From an uncultured bacterium (GTDB lineage Bacteria; Planctomycetota; UBA1135; GCA-002686595), in the NCBI GenBank assembly GCA_943787795.1, contig CALSNU010000002.1:1-64000 (forward strand): a stretch of 64,000 nt of DNA, written 5' to 3'. Positions 47,804 to 57,900 of the stretch are shown here, one piece after another. The notes under the pieces were generated by a model. It was given only the letters and a program-made list of their open reading frames with translations, was not told the origin of the DNA and did not search any database. A program made the position numbers and the translations under genes. Every line of letters begins with the position of its first letter. The stretch's first letter is position 1.

Positions 47804-50083
47804 ATGGCTCTCCTCTCCGCCCTCGCCCTCTTGCTCACCGGTCTCCCCTCCACCGCGCAGGCCGAAGGCCCGACGCCTGCAAGGGAGGACGCCGAGACGA
47901 CCCGGGTCCTGCTGGTGTCCGGGGCCAACAACCACGACTGGGAGTGGACCACCCCATCGCTTGAGTCGATCCTCCGGGAGACCGGGCGCTTCGAGGTCGT
48001 GGTCACGCGGAACCCCGGTGCGGCCCTGGCCGACAGGGGCGCCCTCGACTCATACGACGCAGTGGTCCTCGACTACAACGGCCCACGCTGGGGAGACGCC
48101 GCGGAGACGGCCTTCCTCGGAGCCGTGCGCGATGGGCTCGGCGTGGTCGTGATCCACGCCGCCGACAACCACGGCAACGGTTGGCCGGAGTACGAGAAGC
48201 TCGTGGCAGACCTCTGGCGCAAGGGGACCGGCCACGGCCGCTTTCATCCCTTCGACGTCGAGGTGGTGGATCGCGATCACCCCGTGACCCGCACCCTGCC
48301 GACCATCCTCGCGCACCCCGATGAGCTGTACCACGACCTCGTCAACGTGCACGACGTGGACCGGCGTGTCCTGGCCACGGCGCTCTCCACGAAGGAGAGC
48401 GGAGGCACCGGCGAGGCGGAGCCGATGATCCTCGTCCGCTCCTACGGCAAGGGGCGCATGTTCCACACGCCCCTTGGCCACGTCTGGAAGAACGTCCCGG
48501 GCTCCCAGGCCTCCCACCGCGACCCACAGTTCCGCGGGCTCGTGGTCCGCGGCACCGAGTGGGCCGCGACGGGCACGGTCACAGATGAGCGGACCGCTCC
48601 CGCGGCCGCGGTCGACGGGTGGATCTCGCTCATGGGCCCCGAGCACTGGCAGGCCTTCGGCGGCGGCGAGGCCCCGGAGGGCTGGCGGTTCGAGGGGGAC
48701 GTCCTGCGGCGCGATGGCGCCGCAGGCGACATCACAACGCGGGAGCTCTTCGGGGACTTCGAGCTCACGTTCCAGTGGAAGACCTCGATCGCAGGCAACT
48801 CGGGGCTGAAGTACCGCATCTCCGCCGACGCGAAGCAGCCGATCGGGCCCGAGTTCCAGCTCCTCGACTCAGCCGCCCCTACCTCCAACCGCGAGCATCG
48901 GGCCGGCGCCCTCTACGACGTCGTCCCCGCCGGGGCCTCTCCTCAGGTGCCCTGGGGCGAGTTTCATGAGGCGCGCATCCTCTCCCAGGGCTCGCGGCTC
49001 GAGCACTGGCTCGACGGAGTGCTGGTCGCCGCTGCCGACACCTCCACCCCCGAGTGGGCCGCCATGGTCGAGGACAGCAAGTTCAAGGGCGTGGACGGGT
49101 TCGCCGCGTCCGGACCAGGCCGCCTCCTGATCCAGGACCACGGCGACGAGGTCTGGATCCGGGGGATGCGCATTCGCGAGCTGAGCCGCGGCGATCAACA
49201 GGCCGCGCCGCTCTTCCCCGGCCAAAGCACCGAGGGGTGGTCCAACGTCGGCGACGCCCGCTACGAGGTTCAAGGGTCGACGCTGATCGGGCGCGCCGGT
49301 CCACAGCAGCAGCAGAGCTTCCTGGTCTCCGACCGCGAGTTCGGTGACTACACCATGGAGGTCGACGTCCGGATCGCCGTGGAGGGCAACTCCGGGATCC
49401 AGATCCGCAGCCACGTGGGCGAGGACGGGAAGCTGCGCGGCTACCAGGCCGAGATTGACCCCTCTCCGCGCAGCTGGTCCGCGGGCCTGTTTGACGAGGG
49501 TCGGCGCGCCTGGCTCGACGACCTCTCCGACAACAAGGCGGCCAGGGAGGCCTTCGACCTCGACGGCTGGAACCGCTACCGGATCGTCTGTGAGGGGCCC
49601 AGGGTCCGCACCTGGATCAACGGGGTCGCCGCCGCAGACCTGCTGGACGGCGAGGATCTCACCGGCTCCATCGCGTTCCAGATCCACGGCTGGGACGACG
49701 ACATCGAGATCCACTGGCGGGATCCCCGCGTCGAGGACCGGGGCCGGCACGGCTGGGTCCCCCAGGACCCCGCGGCCCGCTGCGCCCTCGGCGGCGCGCC
49801 GGGCGCACGCGCCACGATCCTGGGCGAGGACGTCGAGCTGCGGCTCGTGGGGGCCGACGGCGCTGCGCTGACCCGGGTTGATCTCTCGGACAGGGAGGGC
49901 TGGAAGGCCGGTTCAATGAACCGCGTCACCGTCCTGCTGGCTCCCGATCGCGCTGCGGTTCAGCTCGGCGACCGGACCACTGTCGAGGTGGCGGTGGAGG
50001 GCGTCGAGGCCCTCGAATTCCACTCGGACTCCCCGTCACTGGAGGTCCGCTCCCTCACCCTCTGCGAGCGCGCCACCGACTGA
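47804..50083 (+). CDS. Secreted ThuA-domain protein with two DUF1080 (3-keto-glycoside hydrolase-like) domains
   Basis: 'GANNHDW', 'DELY', 'YGKGRMFHTPLGH'; 'GNSGLKY...EFQLLD...QDHGDEV'; 'GNSGIQIRS...GYQAEID...FQIH'. Confidence 0.82.
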   Translation: MALLSALALLLTGLPSTAQAEGPTPAREDAETTRVLLVSGANNHDWEWTTPSLESILRETGRFEVVVTRNPGAALADRGALDSYDAVVLDYNGPRWGDAAETAFLGAVRDGLGVVVIHAADNHGNGWPEYEKLVADLWRKGTGHGRFHPFDVEVVDRDHPVTRTLPTILAHPDELYHDLVNVHDVDRRVLATALSTKESGGTGEAEPMILVRSYGKGRMFHTPLGHVWKNVPGSQASHRDPQFRGLVVRGTEWAATGTVTDERTAPAAAVDGWISLMGPEHWQAFGGGEAPEGWRFEGDVLRRDGAAGDITTRELFGDFELTFQWKTSIAGNSGLKYRISADAKQPIGPEFQLLDSAAPTSNREHRAGALYDVVPAGASPQVPWGEFHEARILSQGSRLEHWLDGVLVAAADTSTPEWAAMVEDSKFKGVDGFAASGPGRLLIQDHGDEVWIRGMRIRELSRGDQQAAPLFPGQSTEGWSNVGDARYEVQGSTLIGRAGPQQQQSFLVSDREFGDYTMEVDVRIAVEGNSGIQIRSHVGEDGKLRGYQAEIDPSPRSWSAGLFDEGRRAWLDDLSDNKAAREAFDLDGWNRYRIVCEGPRVRTWINGVAAADLLDGEDLTGSIAFQIHGWDDDIEIHWRDPRVEDRGRHGWVPQDPAARCALGGAPGARATILGEDVELRLVGADGAALTRVDLSDREGWKAGSMNRVTVLLAPDRAAVQLGDRTTVEVAVEGVEALEFHSDSPSLEVRSLTLCERATD

Positions 50084-50116
50084 GGCGACGCGCGGCTCGA
50101 ACTCTCCTCGCGCGGC

Positions 50117-52687
50117 TCAGCCGTCCAGCTCGGCCGCCGTCATCGGCTTGACCCGGTCGCCCGCGGCAGCTCGATTGCGCCCGACCGTTTCCAGGGTGAC
50201 CGGCTCGACGCCGTTGCCCCAGGAGCGACGGATGTAGGTGAGGACGTCCGCGAGGTCATCGTCCGACCCCTCGAAGCGGGGCATCTCGAGGTTCCAGGTG
50301 CGGCCCTCGATCTTCAGCGGTCCCTCGAGACCGTGCATGAGGATCTGCACGAGGCGATCCTCGTCGCCCACCGCGTAGGTGGTCCCGCGCAGGGTCGGCG
50401 CCTTGCCGTCCTGTCCCCCGCCGTGGCTCTGGTGGCAGGTCGCGCAGACGTTCTCGTACACGGTCCTACCGCGCTCGTACTGGGCGGTCTCCGCGGCCGT
50501 CAGGTCACGGGGGAGCTCGACCTCCACCGCGCCGGGCTTGCCGGGCCAGGTGCACCCCTCGTCGACCTTGCTCGCCGCCGCGGTCGGCGCGACGGCAGCG
50601 TCCTGAGCCTGCGCGGAGAAGTACGCGGGCATGGCGCGCAGCGGGAGCGGCAGGCGCTCCCCGCGCGGGCCCTTGCGGCGGGTCTCCATCAGGCCGTCGA
50701 GGAGCGGCTTGCTCCACCACGCGGCCGGAGGCTCCAGGGCCAGATCCACCACGAGCCCCACGTTCTCCTGGAGGTTCTCCCGCCCCACGCAAGAGGCGAG
50801 GGAGCGGAGCAGCTCCTTGCGCCCGGGGAGGTCGGAGGCCCACGCCTCGCGGCGCGCGAGCTCGAGCAGGAGGTCCGCCTCGCGGAACTGGAGGCCTGAA
50901 ACGACCGCCGAGCGCTCGAGGCTCGAGGATGCGTCCGCCGACATGCGCTGGACGAAGGCCTCGAGCACCACCTCCCGGTCCGACGCGCCGAGGGCCAGCA
51001 GCGCGTGGAGCCGCGCCCGGGCGTTGGGGTCAGCGAGCGCGCCGGCGAGCACGTCGTCGATGAGGTCGCTGCCCTCGAGGTCCAGGCGCCGCTCCGCGAT
51101 CTCCGCGGCGGCCGCGCGGACCCGCGGGTCCGGGAACGAGAGGCCGCTCCGGAGGGTCCCGTCGTCGATGAAGTCGACGCCGTCCAGGGTCCAGAGCGCG
51201 TGCACCGCGCCCAGGGCCGAGTCGCCGCCGTCGACGATGGAGCGCAGCGCCGAGAGGGCAACCGCCTCGCCGTCGAGGTCCTCCACCAGGATCCGCTGGG
51301 CGCTGTCCCGCACCCAGGCGTTGTCCGAGGTCAGCAGCTGGGCCAGCTCCTCGAGCTCGGCCCCCGCGAGGTCCACCTCCGGGCGGCGCACGGGCTCCCC
51401 CTCCTTGCGAACCCGCCAGATCCGCCCGAGGCCCATGGGCCCCTCCAACCCGCGCTCCTCGATCTGCCGGCGGAGGAACGTCGTCAGGAAGATCCGGTGC
51501 TGGATGAGCCCCCGGTACATGTCCGCGATGTAGAGCGCCCCGTCCGGCCCCGTCGTCATGGCGACCGGCCGGAACCGCTCGTGGGTCGAGGTCAGGAAGT
51601 CCCGCTCGCCGCGGACGTCGTTCGCCTTGAGCTGGGCGGTCTCGTCGCGCTCTTCGATCCGGTAGCGCTTGACCAGGTTGCCGGTGGGCTCGCAGACGAA
51701 GATGTCGCCCCGCGACTCCTCGCCAAGGGCGGCGCCGCGCAGCGGCGTCGCGCTGCACGCGGCGGTGAAGTAGTGGAGGGTGTAGTCGTCCCGCAGGGTC
51801 ACCTCCTGGTAGCCGCGGTTGACCCCCGGGTTGATGCGCGCGGGGAAGACCTCGCGCGTGGCGCTCACCCCGGCGAAGGAGCCGTGAAACTTGCGCTGGT
51901 GACGGTTCCGCACCGCGTACCGCGCGGGGGCGATATCCATGAAGAGGGGCTGCGGGTTCGTGTTGCGCGCGAAGCGGCCGACGTCGTCCTGCGCCAGGCC
52001 CCACTGGCCGCCCTGCCGCTCGCGGCGGATCTCCCACACCCCGTCGCCGTTCTCGTCCTCGGTCCGGCGTACTGCCCGGTTCCAGTTGGCGAAGTGGACC
52101 CAGTTGTCGAGCCCCATGGTCGGCCCGTTGATGTCGTGCTCCGGGTTCTCGAGGCCCTTGGTCAGGCCACCCATCACCACCTCGCGCCGATCGAGGACCC
52201 CGTCCCCGTCGTCGTCCCGCAGGAACACCAGCTCCGGCGGGAGAATGCAGAGGGCGCCGCCGAACATGGGCGCGACCCCCCGGGGCAGCACGAGCCCGTC
52301 CGCGAAGTCCTCGCGCCGGTCCATGGTCCCGTCCCCGTCCTCGTCGGTGAGCACCGCGATACGCCCGACGGGTTCCTTCTCGCCGTTGCCCTCGATGTCG
52401 GGCATGTAGCCCCGCATCTCGACGACCCAGAGCCGGCCGAGCTCGTCGAAGACCACCTGAACCGGGTCGACGACCATGGGCTCCTCCGCCACCAGCTCGA
52501 TCTTGAAGCCGGGGGGCAACTCGAAGGTCGCGAGCTCCTCCTCGGCCGAGAGCACCGGCGCCGCGGGGATGGCCAGGTCCGCGGGCAGGTCACCCTGGAC
52601 CTCACCGTTGCGGTCGCCGTTCTGGGCGAGGGTCGGGACGGCGAGCAGGCACGAGGCCAGGGGAAGAAGGGTGACGTGCGATCGCAT
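50117..52687 (-). CDS. PVC-type membrane-bound dehydrogenase domain + HEAT + cytochrome c protein
   Basis: 'LPPGFKIELVAEEP', 'GRLWVVEM', 'RFRPV...GPDGALYIADMY', 'GRIWR', CATCH. Confidence 0.88.
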   Translation of the reverse strand: MRSHVTLLPLASCLLAVPTLAQNGDRNGEVQGDLPADLAIPAAPVLSAEEELATFELPPGFKIELVAEEPMVVDPVQVVFDELGRLWVVEMRGYMPDIEGNGEKEPVGRIAVLTDEDGDGTMDRREDFADGLVLPRGVAPMFGGALCILPPELVFLRDDDGDGVLDRREVVMGGLTKGLENPEHDINGPTMGLDNWVHFANWNRAVRRTEDENGDGVWEIRRERQGGQWGLAQDDVGRFARNTNPQPLFMDIAPARYAVRNRHQRKFHGSFAGVSATREVFPARINPGVNRGYQEVTLRDDYTLHYFTAACSATPLRGAALGEESRGDIFVCEPTGNLVKRYRIEERDETAQLKANDVRGERDFLTSTHERFRPVAMTTGPDGALYIADMYRGLIQHRIFLTTFLRRQIEERGLEGPMGLGRIWRVRKEGEPVRRPEVDLAGAELEELAQLLTSDNAWVRDSAQRILVEDLDGEAVALSALRSIVDGGDSALGAVHALWTLDGVDFIDDGTLRSGLSFPDPRVRAAAAEIAERRLDLEGSDLIDDVLAGALADPNARARLHALLALGASDREVVLEAFVQRMSADASSSLERSAVVSGLQFREADLLLELARREAWASDLPGRKELLRSLASCVGRENLQENVGLVVDLALEPPAAWWSKPLLDGLMETRRKGPRGERLPLPLRAMPAYFSAQAQDAAVAPTAAASKVDEGCTWPGKPGAVEVELPRDLTAAETAQYERGRTVYENVCATCHQSHGGGQDGKAPTLRGTTYAVGDEDRLVQILMHGLEGPLKIEGRTWNLEMPRFEGSDDDLADVLTYIRRSWGNGVEPVTLETVGRNRAAAGDRVKPMTAAELDG

Positions 52688-52840
52688 GCACAGATCTTAG
52701 GCGCTGGAGCGCTCCTTGCGACGGGGCCACCCAAGGCGGCCGCTTCCGACGGTGACCCGGCTGCGTCGCGACCCGGGCCGTGGCCGCCCCTGGACGGGTC
52801 GAGCGGTGCGCGATGGCCGTCCAGCGCCTACGCTGGTGCG

Positions 52841-54217
52841 GTGAATCGTCTCGCTCAAGTCCTCTGTCTCACACCGATCTTGCTGGCGGCCTGCGCCGGC
52901 ACGAACCCCGGCGACCGCGCCACACCGGCGCCTGCCATCAAGTCGCCTGCGCGGGGAGCCGCCCGACCCAACATCGTCGTGCTCTTCGCCGACGATGCGG
53001 GCTACTCGGACTTCGGCTTCCAGCCGAACGCCATGGAGGACATGAGGGGGCTCACGCCGCACATCGACTCCATCGCGGACGAGGGCGCGGTCTTCCGCGC
53101 CTTCTACATGTCGGCCTGCGTTTGCTCCCCGTCAAGGGCGGGCCTGATGACCGGCCGCTACCAGCAGCGCTTCGGCCACGAGAAGAACATCCCCCCCGGC
53201 TACATGAAGGGCGGCATGGCCCTGGAGGAGGCGACCATCGCCGACCGCCTGCGAGGCGCGGGGTACGAGACGGGGCTGGTGGGCAAGTGGCACCTCGGCT
53301 ACCCCGATCCTTATCACCCCAACGAGCGCGGCTTCGACTGGTTCATGGGGTGCCTCCAGGGCTCGCGGCCCTATCTCGAGATGGAGGAGCCCACGCCCCA
53401 CCGTGTGCTCCTTCGAGACCGTACGCCCACCCCCGAGGGCGGCTACGTCACCGATCGGTTCGGCGACGCTGCGGTGGAGTTCATCCAGGAGGAGCGCGAG
53501 GCACCCTTCTTTCTCTTCGTCTCCTTCACCGCGCCCCACGGCCCCCTCCAGCCGCGTCCGGGCGACGTGGACCTCCCCGAGCTCGCCTCCATCGAGAAGA
53601 AGCGACGCCGCAACTACGCCGGGCTCGTGAAGGCCATGGACGACAACGTGGGCAAGATCCTGACGGCCCTCGAGCGCGCGGGGATCGCCGAAGAGACCGT
53701 CGTGCTCTTCACCAACGACAACGGCGGCCAGACCCAAACCGCGGCGGTCAACAAGCCCCTGCGCGGCCGCAAGGGCCAGCTGTACGAGGGCGGCATCCGG
53801 GTCCCCGCCGCCCTGCGCTGGCCCGGCGTCGTCGCGCCGGGCACCGTGGTCGAAGCCCCGGCCATCTCCCTCGACCTGACGCCGACGTTCCTCGCGGCGG
53901 CAGGGAGCGCCCCGGAGCCCGGCGACGAGCTCGACGGACTCGACCTCACGGCGGCCCTGCGGGGCGAGGCCGGCGGCCCCCTGGCCCAGCGCTCGCTTTA
54001 CTGGCGCCGGAGCGGGAGCGAGGGCCCCATCGCCGCGCGCCGCGGCCGCTGGAAGCTGCTGTGGAACGACCGCGCCGAGGACCCCGAGCTGTTCGACCTC
54101 GCCAACGACGTCGCGGAGAGCCGGGACGTGGCCGGCGATCACCCCGAGGTCGTGGCGCAGCTCATGGCCGAGCTCGAGGGCTACGAGGCAGGGCTCATCG
54201 AACCCCTCTGGCGCTAG
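52841..54217 (+). CDS. Sulfatase (lipoprotein)
   Basis: Lipobox 'LAAC'; 'PNIVVLFADD', 'CSPSRAGLMTG', 'GKWHLG', 'NDNG', 'EGGIRVP'. Confidence 0.92.
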   Translation: MNRLAQVLCLTPILLAACAGTNPGDRATPAPAIKSPARGAARPNIVVLFADDAGYSDFGFQPNAMEDMRGLTPHIDSIADEGAVFRAFYMSACVCSPSRAGLMTGRYQQRFGHEKNIPPGYMKGGMALEEATIADRLRGAGYETGLVGKWHLGYPDPYHPNERGFDWFMGCLQGSRPYLEMEEPTPHRVLLRDRTPTPEGGYVTDRFGDAAVEFIQEEREAPFFLFVSFTAPHGPLQPRPGDVDLPELASIEKKRRRNYAGLVKAMDDNVGKILTALERAGIAEETVVLFTNDNGGQTQTAAVNKPLRGRKGQLYEGGIRVPAALRWPGVVAPGTVVEAPAISLDLTPTFLAAAGSAPEPGDELDGLDLTAALRGEAGGPLAQRSLYWRRSGSEGPIAARRGRWKLLWNDRAEDPELFDLANDVAESRDVAGDHPEVVAQLMAELEGYEAGLIEPLWR

Positions 54218-54543
54218 GCTTCGCCGGCGAGCACGCCGTCGGCGCGGCGCGCCACGACGAAGTCGTTCGCCGTCAGCCCGCCCGCGTCATGGGTGGTGAG
54301 AGAGACCGTCAGGCAGCGGTAGTCGCTGATCGTGAGGTCGGGGTGGTGGTTCTCCTCCTCGGCGATCTCGGCCAGGGCGTTGAGCGCCGCCAGGGCCGCG
54401 GCGAAGTCGGCGAGCCGCACCTCGAACACCAGCGAGGCCCCGCGGACCTCCCAGCCCGGGCCGAGCTCCGCCCCCATGGTCTCCGCTTCGGACGGCGCGA
54501 GGAGCGCCGCACCGTCCGTGCATCCAGCGGGGATCACGCTCAC
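54214..54543 (-). CDS. Pterin-4-alpha-carbinolamine dehydratase
   Basis: 'AEEENHHPD', 'TTHDAGGLTAND'; GTG start overlaps the ilvE stop. Confidence 0.85.
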   Translation of the reverse strand: MSVIPAGCTDGAALLAPSEAETMGAELGPGWEVRGASLVFEVRLADFAAALAALNALAEIAEEENHHPDLTISDYRCLTVSLTTHDAGGLTANDFVVARRADGVLAGEA

Positions 54544-55469
54544 GACGACGCCGGCCGCGTGTGGGTCAGCCACCCGTAGCGGTCCGGGACCCGGCCCTCC
54601 ACGATGGAGAAGAACGCCTCCTGGAGCCGCCTCGTGACAGGACCCGGGGCGCCACCTTCCATGGGCCGACGATCGACGCTGCGCACCGGCGTGATCTCGG
54701 CGGCGGTCCCGGTCATGAACAGCTCCTCCGCGAAGAAGATGGCCTCGCGCGGGATCCGCCGCTCCCGAAGCTCGAGCCCCATCTCCCGGGCGAGCTGGAT
54801 CACCATGTCCCGCGTGATGCCCTCGAGGATCGAGTTCCCGATCGGCGGCGTCACGATGGCGCCGTCCTGAACGAGGAACAGGTTCTCACCGCTGCCCTCC
54901 GAGAGGTAGCCGTCCACGTCGAGCACGAGGCCCTCGGCGTAGCCGTTGCGCACGGCCTCCTGGATCACGAGCTGGGAGTTGAGGTAGTTGCCCGAGGCCT
55001 TGGCCATGGAGGGGTGCGTCCCGGGAGCCATGCGCCGCCACGAGCTGAAGCACACGTCCACGCCTGACTCCACCGCCTCGTTGCCGTGGAGCGAGTCCCA
55101 CTCCCAGGTCGCGATGATGAGCTGAATCGGATTGCCCTTGGGCAGGACACCCAGCGGCCCGGCGCCCCGGAAGACCAGCGGGCGGATGTAGCAGGACTCG
55201 TGGCCGTTACGGCGCACGGTCTCCACCACGGCCTGCCCGACCTCCTCCTGCGAGAAGGGGATCTCCATGTCGAGCACAGCGCAGGAGCGGAACATGCGCC
55301 GCACGTGCTCGTTCAGGCGGAGGAGCGCGGGCCCATCGGGTGTGGCATAAGCCCGCATTCCCTCGAAGACCGCGTTCCCGTAGTGGAGGCTGTGGGACAG
55401 AACATGGATCTGCGCCTGACCCCAGGGGATCAGTTCGCCGTCCATCCAGATCACTTCAGAGGGCTTCAT
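54540..55469 (-). CDS. ilvE: Branched-chain amino acid aminotransferase
   Basis: 'HSLHYG..VFEGMRAY', 'YIRP', 'AKASGNY', 'EGSGENLF', 'LEGITR', 'FMTGTAAE'. Confidence 0.95.
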   Translation of the reverse strand: MKPSEVIWMDGELIPWGQAQIHVLSHSLHYGNAVFEGMRAYATPDGPALLRLNEHVRRMFRSCAVLDMEIPFSQEEVGQAVVETVRRNGHESCYIRPLVFRGAGPLGVLPKGNPIQLIIATWEWDSLHGNEAVESGVDVCFSSWRRMAPGTHPSMAKASGNYLNSQLVIQEAVRNGYAEGLVLDVDGYLSEGSGENLFLVQDGAIVTPPIGNSILEGITRDMVIQLAREMGLELRERRIPREAIFFAEELFMTGTAAEITPVRSVDRRPMEGGAPGPVTRRLQEAFFSIVEGRVPDRYGWLTHTRPASS

Positions 55470-55526
55470 CGACTGGAGAGGATAGCGGACCAGCGCGCCG
55501 CAGACCGCCCTACAATGGGCGCTGTA

Positions 55527-55808
55527 ATGAGCGACAACATCATGAATGCACCGCACGGGATGAACCTGGTTGTGGAGTGCACGGACGGGAGTGCGGTCAT
55601 CGGTCGCTTCGACGAGTCCAACGGCTTCGAGGTCGTGATGCACGACGTCGATACCTGGGCCGCGGAGCAAGGCAGCGAGGAGGAGCGCGAGCAGTGGGTG
55701 CGCTCCACAGCCACCTACGGGGTCGCGGTGAAGGAGCGGGACCACAACTTCTCCGCTCGCCTCGTGGCGAGCTGGCGATCCCTCGGCGACGTCGAGAAGC
55801 TCCACTAG
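55527..55808 (+). CDS. Small hypothetical protein, possible Sm/LSm-like fold
   Basis: 'LVVECTDGSAVIGRFDESNGFEVVMHDVD'; codon-like composition; first gene of a likely operon. Confidence 0.6.
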   Translation: MSDNIMNAPHGMNLVVECTDGSAVIGRFDESNGFEVVMHDVDTWAAEQGSEEEREQWVRSTATYGVAVKERDHNFSARLVASWRSLGDVEKLH

Positions 55809-55818
55809 GCCGCGAGGC

Positions 55819-57009
55819 ATGCAGACGGACTCCACCACCCTCCGTTGCGCCTCCGCCGTATCGAGTCTGAACGACCTCGACGCGGCCGTGGCCGAGGTCT
55901 CCGGCGAGATCGACGCGCGGCTCGACGGCGAGCAGCCTGACCTGCTCTTCGCCTTCGTGACCCACCACCACGGCGGGGACCTCGCCCGCGTCGCCGCGGA
56001 GCTCGTCGAGGCCACGGGAGCGGCCGAGGCCGCGGGCAGCACCGGAGCCTGGACGGCGGGCACCGGCAAGGAGCTTGAGCAGCGGCCGGGGCTCTCGGTC
56101 CTCGCCGCCCGGCTTCCCGACACGGAGGTCGAGGTCATCCGCCTCGCGCCCCCCGGCGAGGGTGGCTGGGACGCCGACGCGCTCCCCATCGACGACCCCG
56201 AGCGCACCTCGGCCATCATCGTGGCCGACCCCTTCACCTTCCCGGTCCCCACCTTCCTCGACGACCTCGCCGAGACGCAGCCCGGCCTGTCGGTGACCGG
56301 CGGGCTGGCGAGCGGCGGCATCGCGCCGGGCCAGAACATCCTCTATGCCGGCGCGGACCCGGTGAACTCCGGGGCGGTGGCCGTCCTGCTCAAGGGAGGC
56401 ACGCGGGTGGTGAGCGCCGTCAGCCAGGGCTGCCGCCCGATCGGGCCGCCCCTGGTCGCCACCCGGGTCGAGGGCAACGCCATCTTCGAGCTCCGGGGCC
56501 AGCCGGCGGCCAAGGTGCTGTTCGAGGTCCTCGAGTCCCTCGACGAAGACGAGCGCGAGCTCTTCCAGAAGGGCGCCTTCATCGGGCGCGCCGTGGATCC
56601 CGCGCGCTCCAAGTTCCGCCCCGGCGACCTGCTGGTGCGCAACATCATGGGCCTCGATCCCCAGCGCCACGCCATCGCGGTCGCCGACGGGGGCTTTCGA
56701 AACGGGACCACGTTCCAATTCATGGTCCGGGACGGCGCCTCGGCCGAGGCCGAGCTCGCCTCGGTCCTGGAGATCGCCGGACTGGAGTCCATGGGTCAGG
56801 CCTCCGGCGGGCTCCTGTTCACCTGCGGCGGCCGCGGGAAGGGGATGTTCGGTCGCTCCCACCACGATGCCGCCGCCATCGAGGCGGCCTTCGGCCCCGG
56901 CTTCCCCCTCGCTGGCTTCGCCGCCAACGGCGAGATCGGCCCCGTCGGCGGCCGTCCCTTCCTCCACGGCTTCACGGCGAGCGCGGCGATCCTCGCCCCC
57001 CGCAGCTGA
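55819..57009 (+). CDS. FIST signal-transduction protein
   Basis: 'ADPF', 'GGLAS', 'VSQGCRPIG', 'LVRN', 'QFMVRD', 'FTCGGRG', 'GFAANGEIGP', 'LHGFT'. Confidence 0.9.
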   Translation: MQTDSTTLRCASAVSSLNDLDAAVAEVSGEIDARLDGEQPDLLFAFVTHHHGGDLARVAAELVEATGAAEAAGSTGAWTAGTGKELEQRPGLSVLAARLPDTEVEVIRLAPPGEGGWDADALPIDDPERTSAIIVADPFTFPVPTFLDDLAETQPGLSVTGGLASGGIAPGQNILYAGADPVNSGAVAVLLKGGTRVVSAVSQGCRPIGPPLVATRVEGNAIFELRGQPAAKVLFEVLESLDEDERELFQKGAFIGRAVDPARSKFRPGDLLVRNIMGLDPQRHAIAVADGGFRNGTTFQFMVRDGASAEAELASVLEIAGLESMGQASGGLLFTCGGRGKGMFGRSHHDAAAIEAAFGPGFPLAGFAANGEIGPVGGRPFLHGFTASAAILAPRS

Positions 57010-57055
57010 CCCCCTCGCAGATGATCCCCTCGACCAAAGATCCTCGAGAGTGCAC

Positions 57056-57676
57056 ATGACCATGCTCCACTTGGCCCTCCTCCAGGACACGTTGACCTTC
57101 ACCACTCAAGGCGGTGGAGGAGACGGCGTAGGTCTCCTGCTCAACATCCTCAGCCTCGCAGCGTGGATCCTCATGCTCTTCCTGGTGCTCCGCGACCGCG
57201 ACCAGCTCAAGCAGGCGAAGGCGGACGCCGAGGCGGCCAAGGACCAGGCCCGCCGGGCGAACAACGCCAAGGACGAGCTCGCCGCCGAGGTGGGGAACCT
57301 GCGCGAGCTCCTCGCGCGCTCCGTGGAGGGTGAACCCCTCACCCGGGAGATGGTCATGGAGGGCCAGCTCTGGCGCGACGTCGACGGCGGGAGAGCCCTC
57401 GAGCTGTTCGGCGACCCGGGGGCGCACGTCCTCGACGTGCGGACCCCATCCGAAACGGCCGCCGGAGTGATCAAGGGCGCGCTCCTGATCCCCATGGACC
57501 AGATCGAAGAGCGGCAGGGAGAGCTCCCCGCCGACGGCAAGCCGCTCCTCGTGTACTGCGCGGCGGGCGCCCGGTCCGCGGCGGTCTGCGAGCACCTCTC
57601 GAGCGAGGGGTTCAGCGGCCTGCACAACCTCGAGGGCGGCTTCGGGACCTGGCCTGGGGAGACTCAGGCCTCCTGA
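57056..57676 (+). CDS. Membrane-anchored rhodanese-domain protein with coiled coil
   Basis: N-terminal TM; 'LDVRTPSE', 'YCAAGARS', 'LEGGF..W'. Confidence 0.82.
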   Translation: MTMLHLALLQDTLTFTTQGGGGDGVGLLLNILSLAAWILMLFLVLRDRDQLKQAKADAEAAKDQARRANNAKDELAAEVGNLRELLARSVEGEPLTREMVMEGQLWRDVDGGRALELFGDPGAHVLDVRTPSETAAGVIKGALLIPMDQIEERQGELPADGKPLLVYCAAGARSAAVCEHLSSEGFSGLHNLEGGFGTWPGETQAS

Positions 57677-57900
57677 GGCCCGGTCGGCTCCCTATCGACT
57701 CCCGGTCGACTCCCCGTTGCCGCAGCCCCACGGCCCGGGCCGAACTTCGTCGATCTTGCCTCTGGACCATCAAGGAGAAGCGCGGCCTGACCCGATCCAG
57801 GATCCAGGGACGTCAGCTGGACTTCCCCCTCCCCCGCCCGTCGGCCGGACCGTTCAATAGCGCCGCACGCCCCCCCCCAGGCCCCTCTGAACTCGACCCA

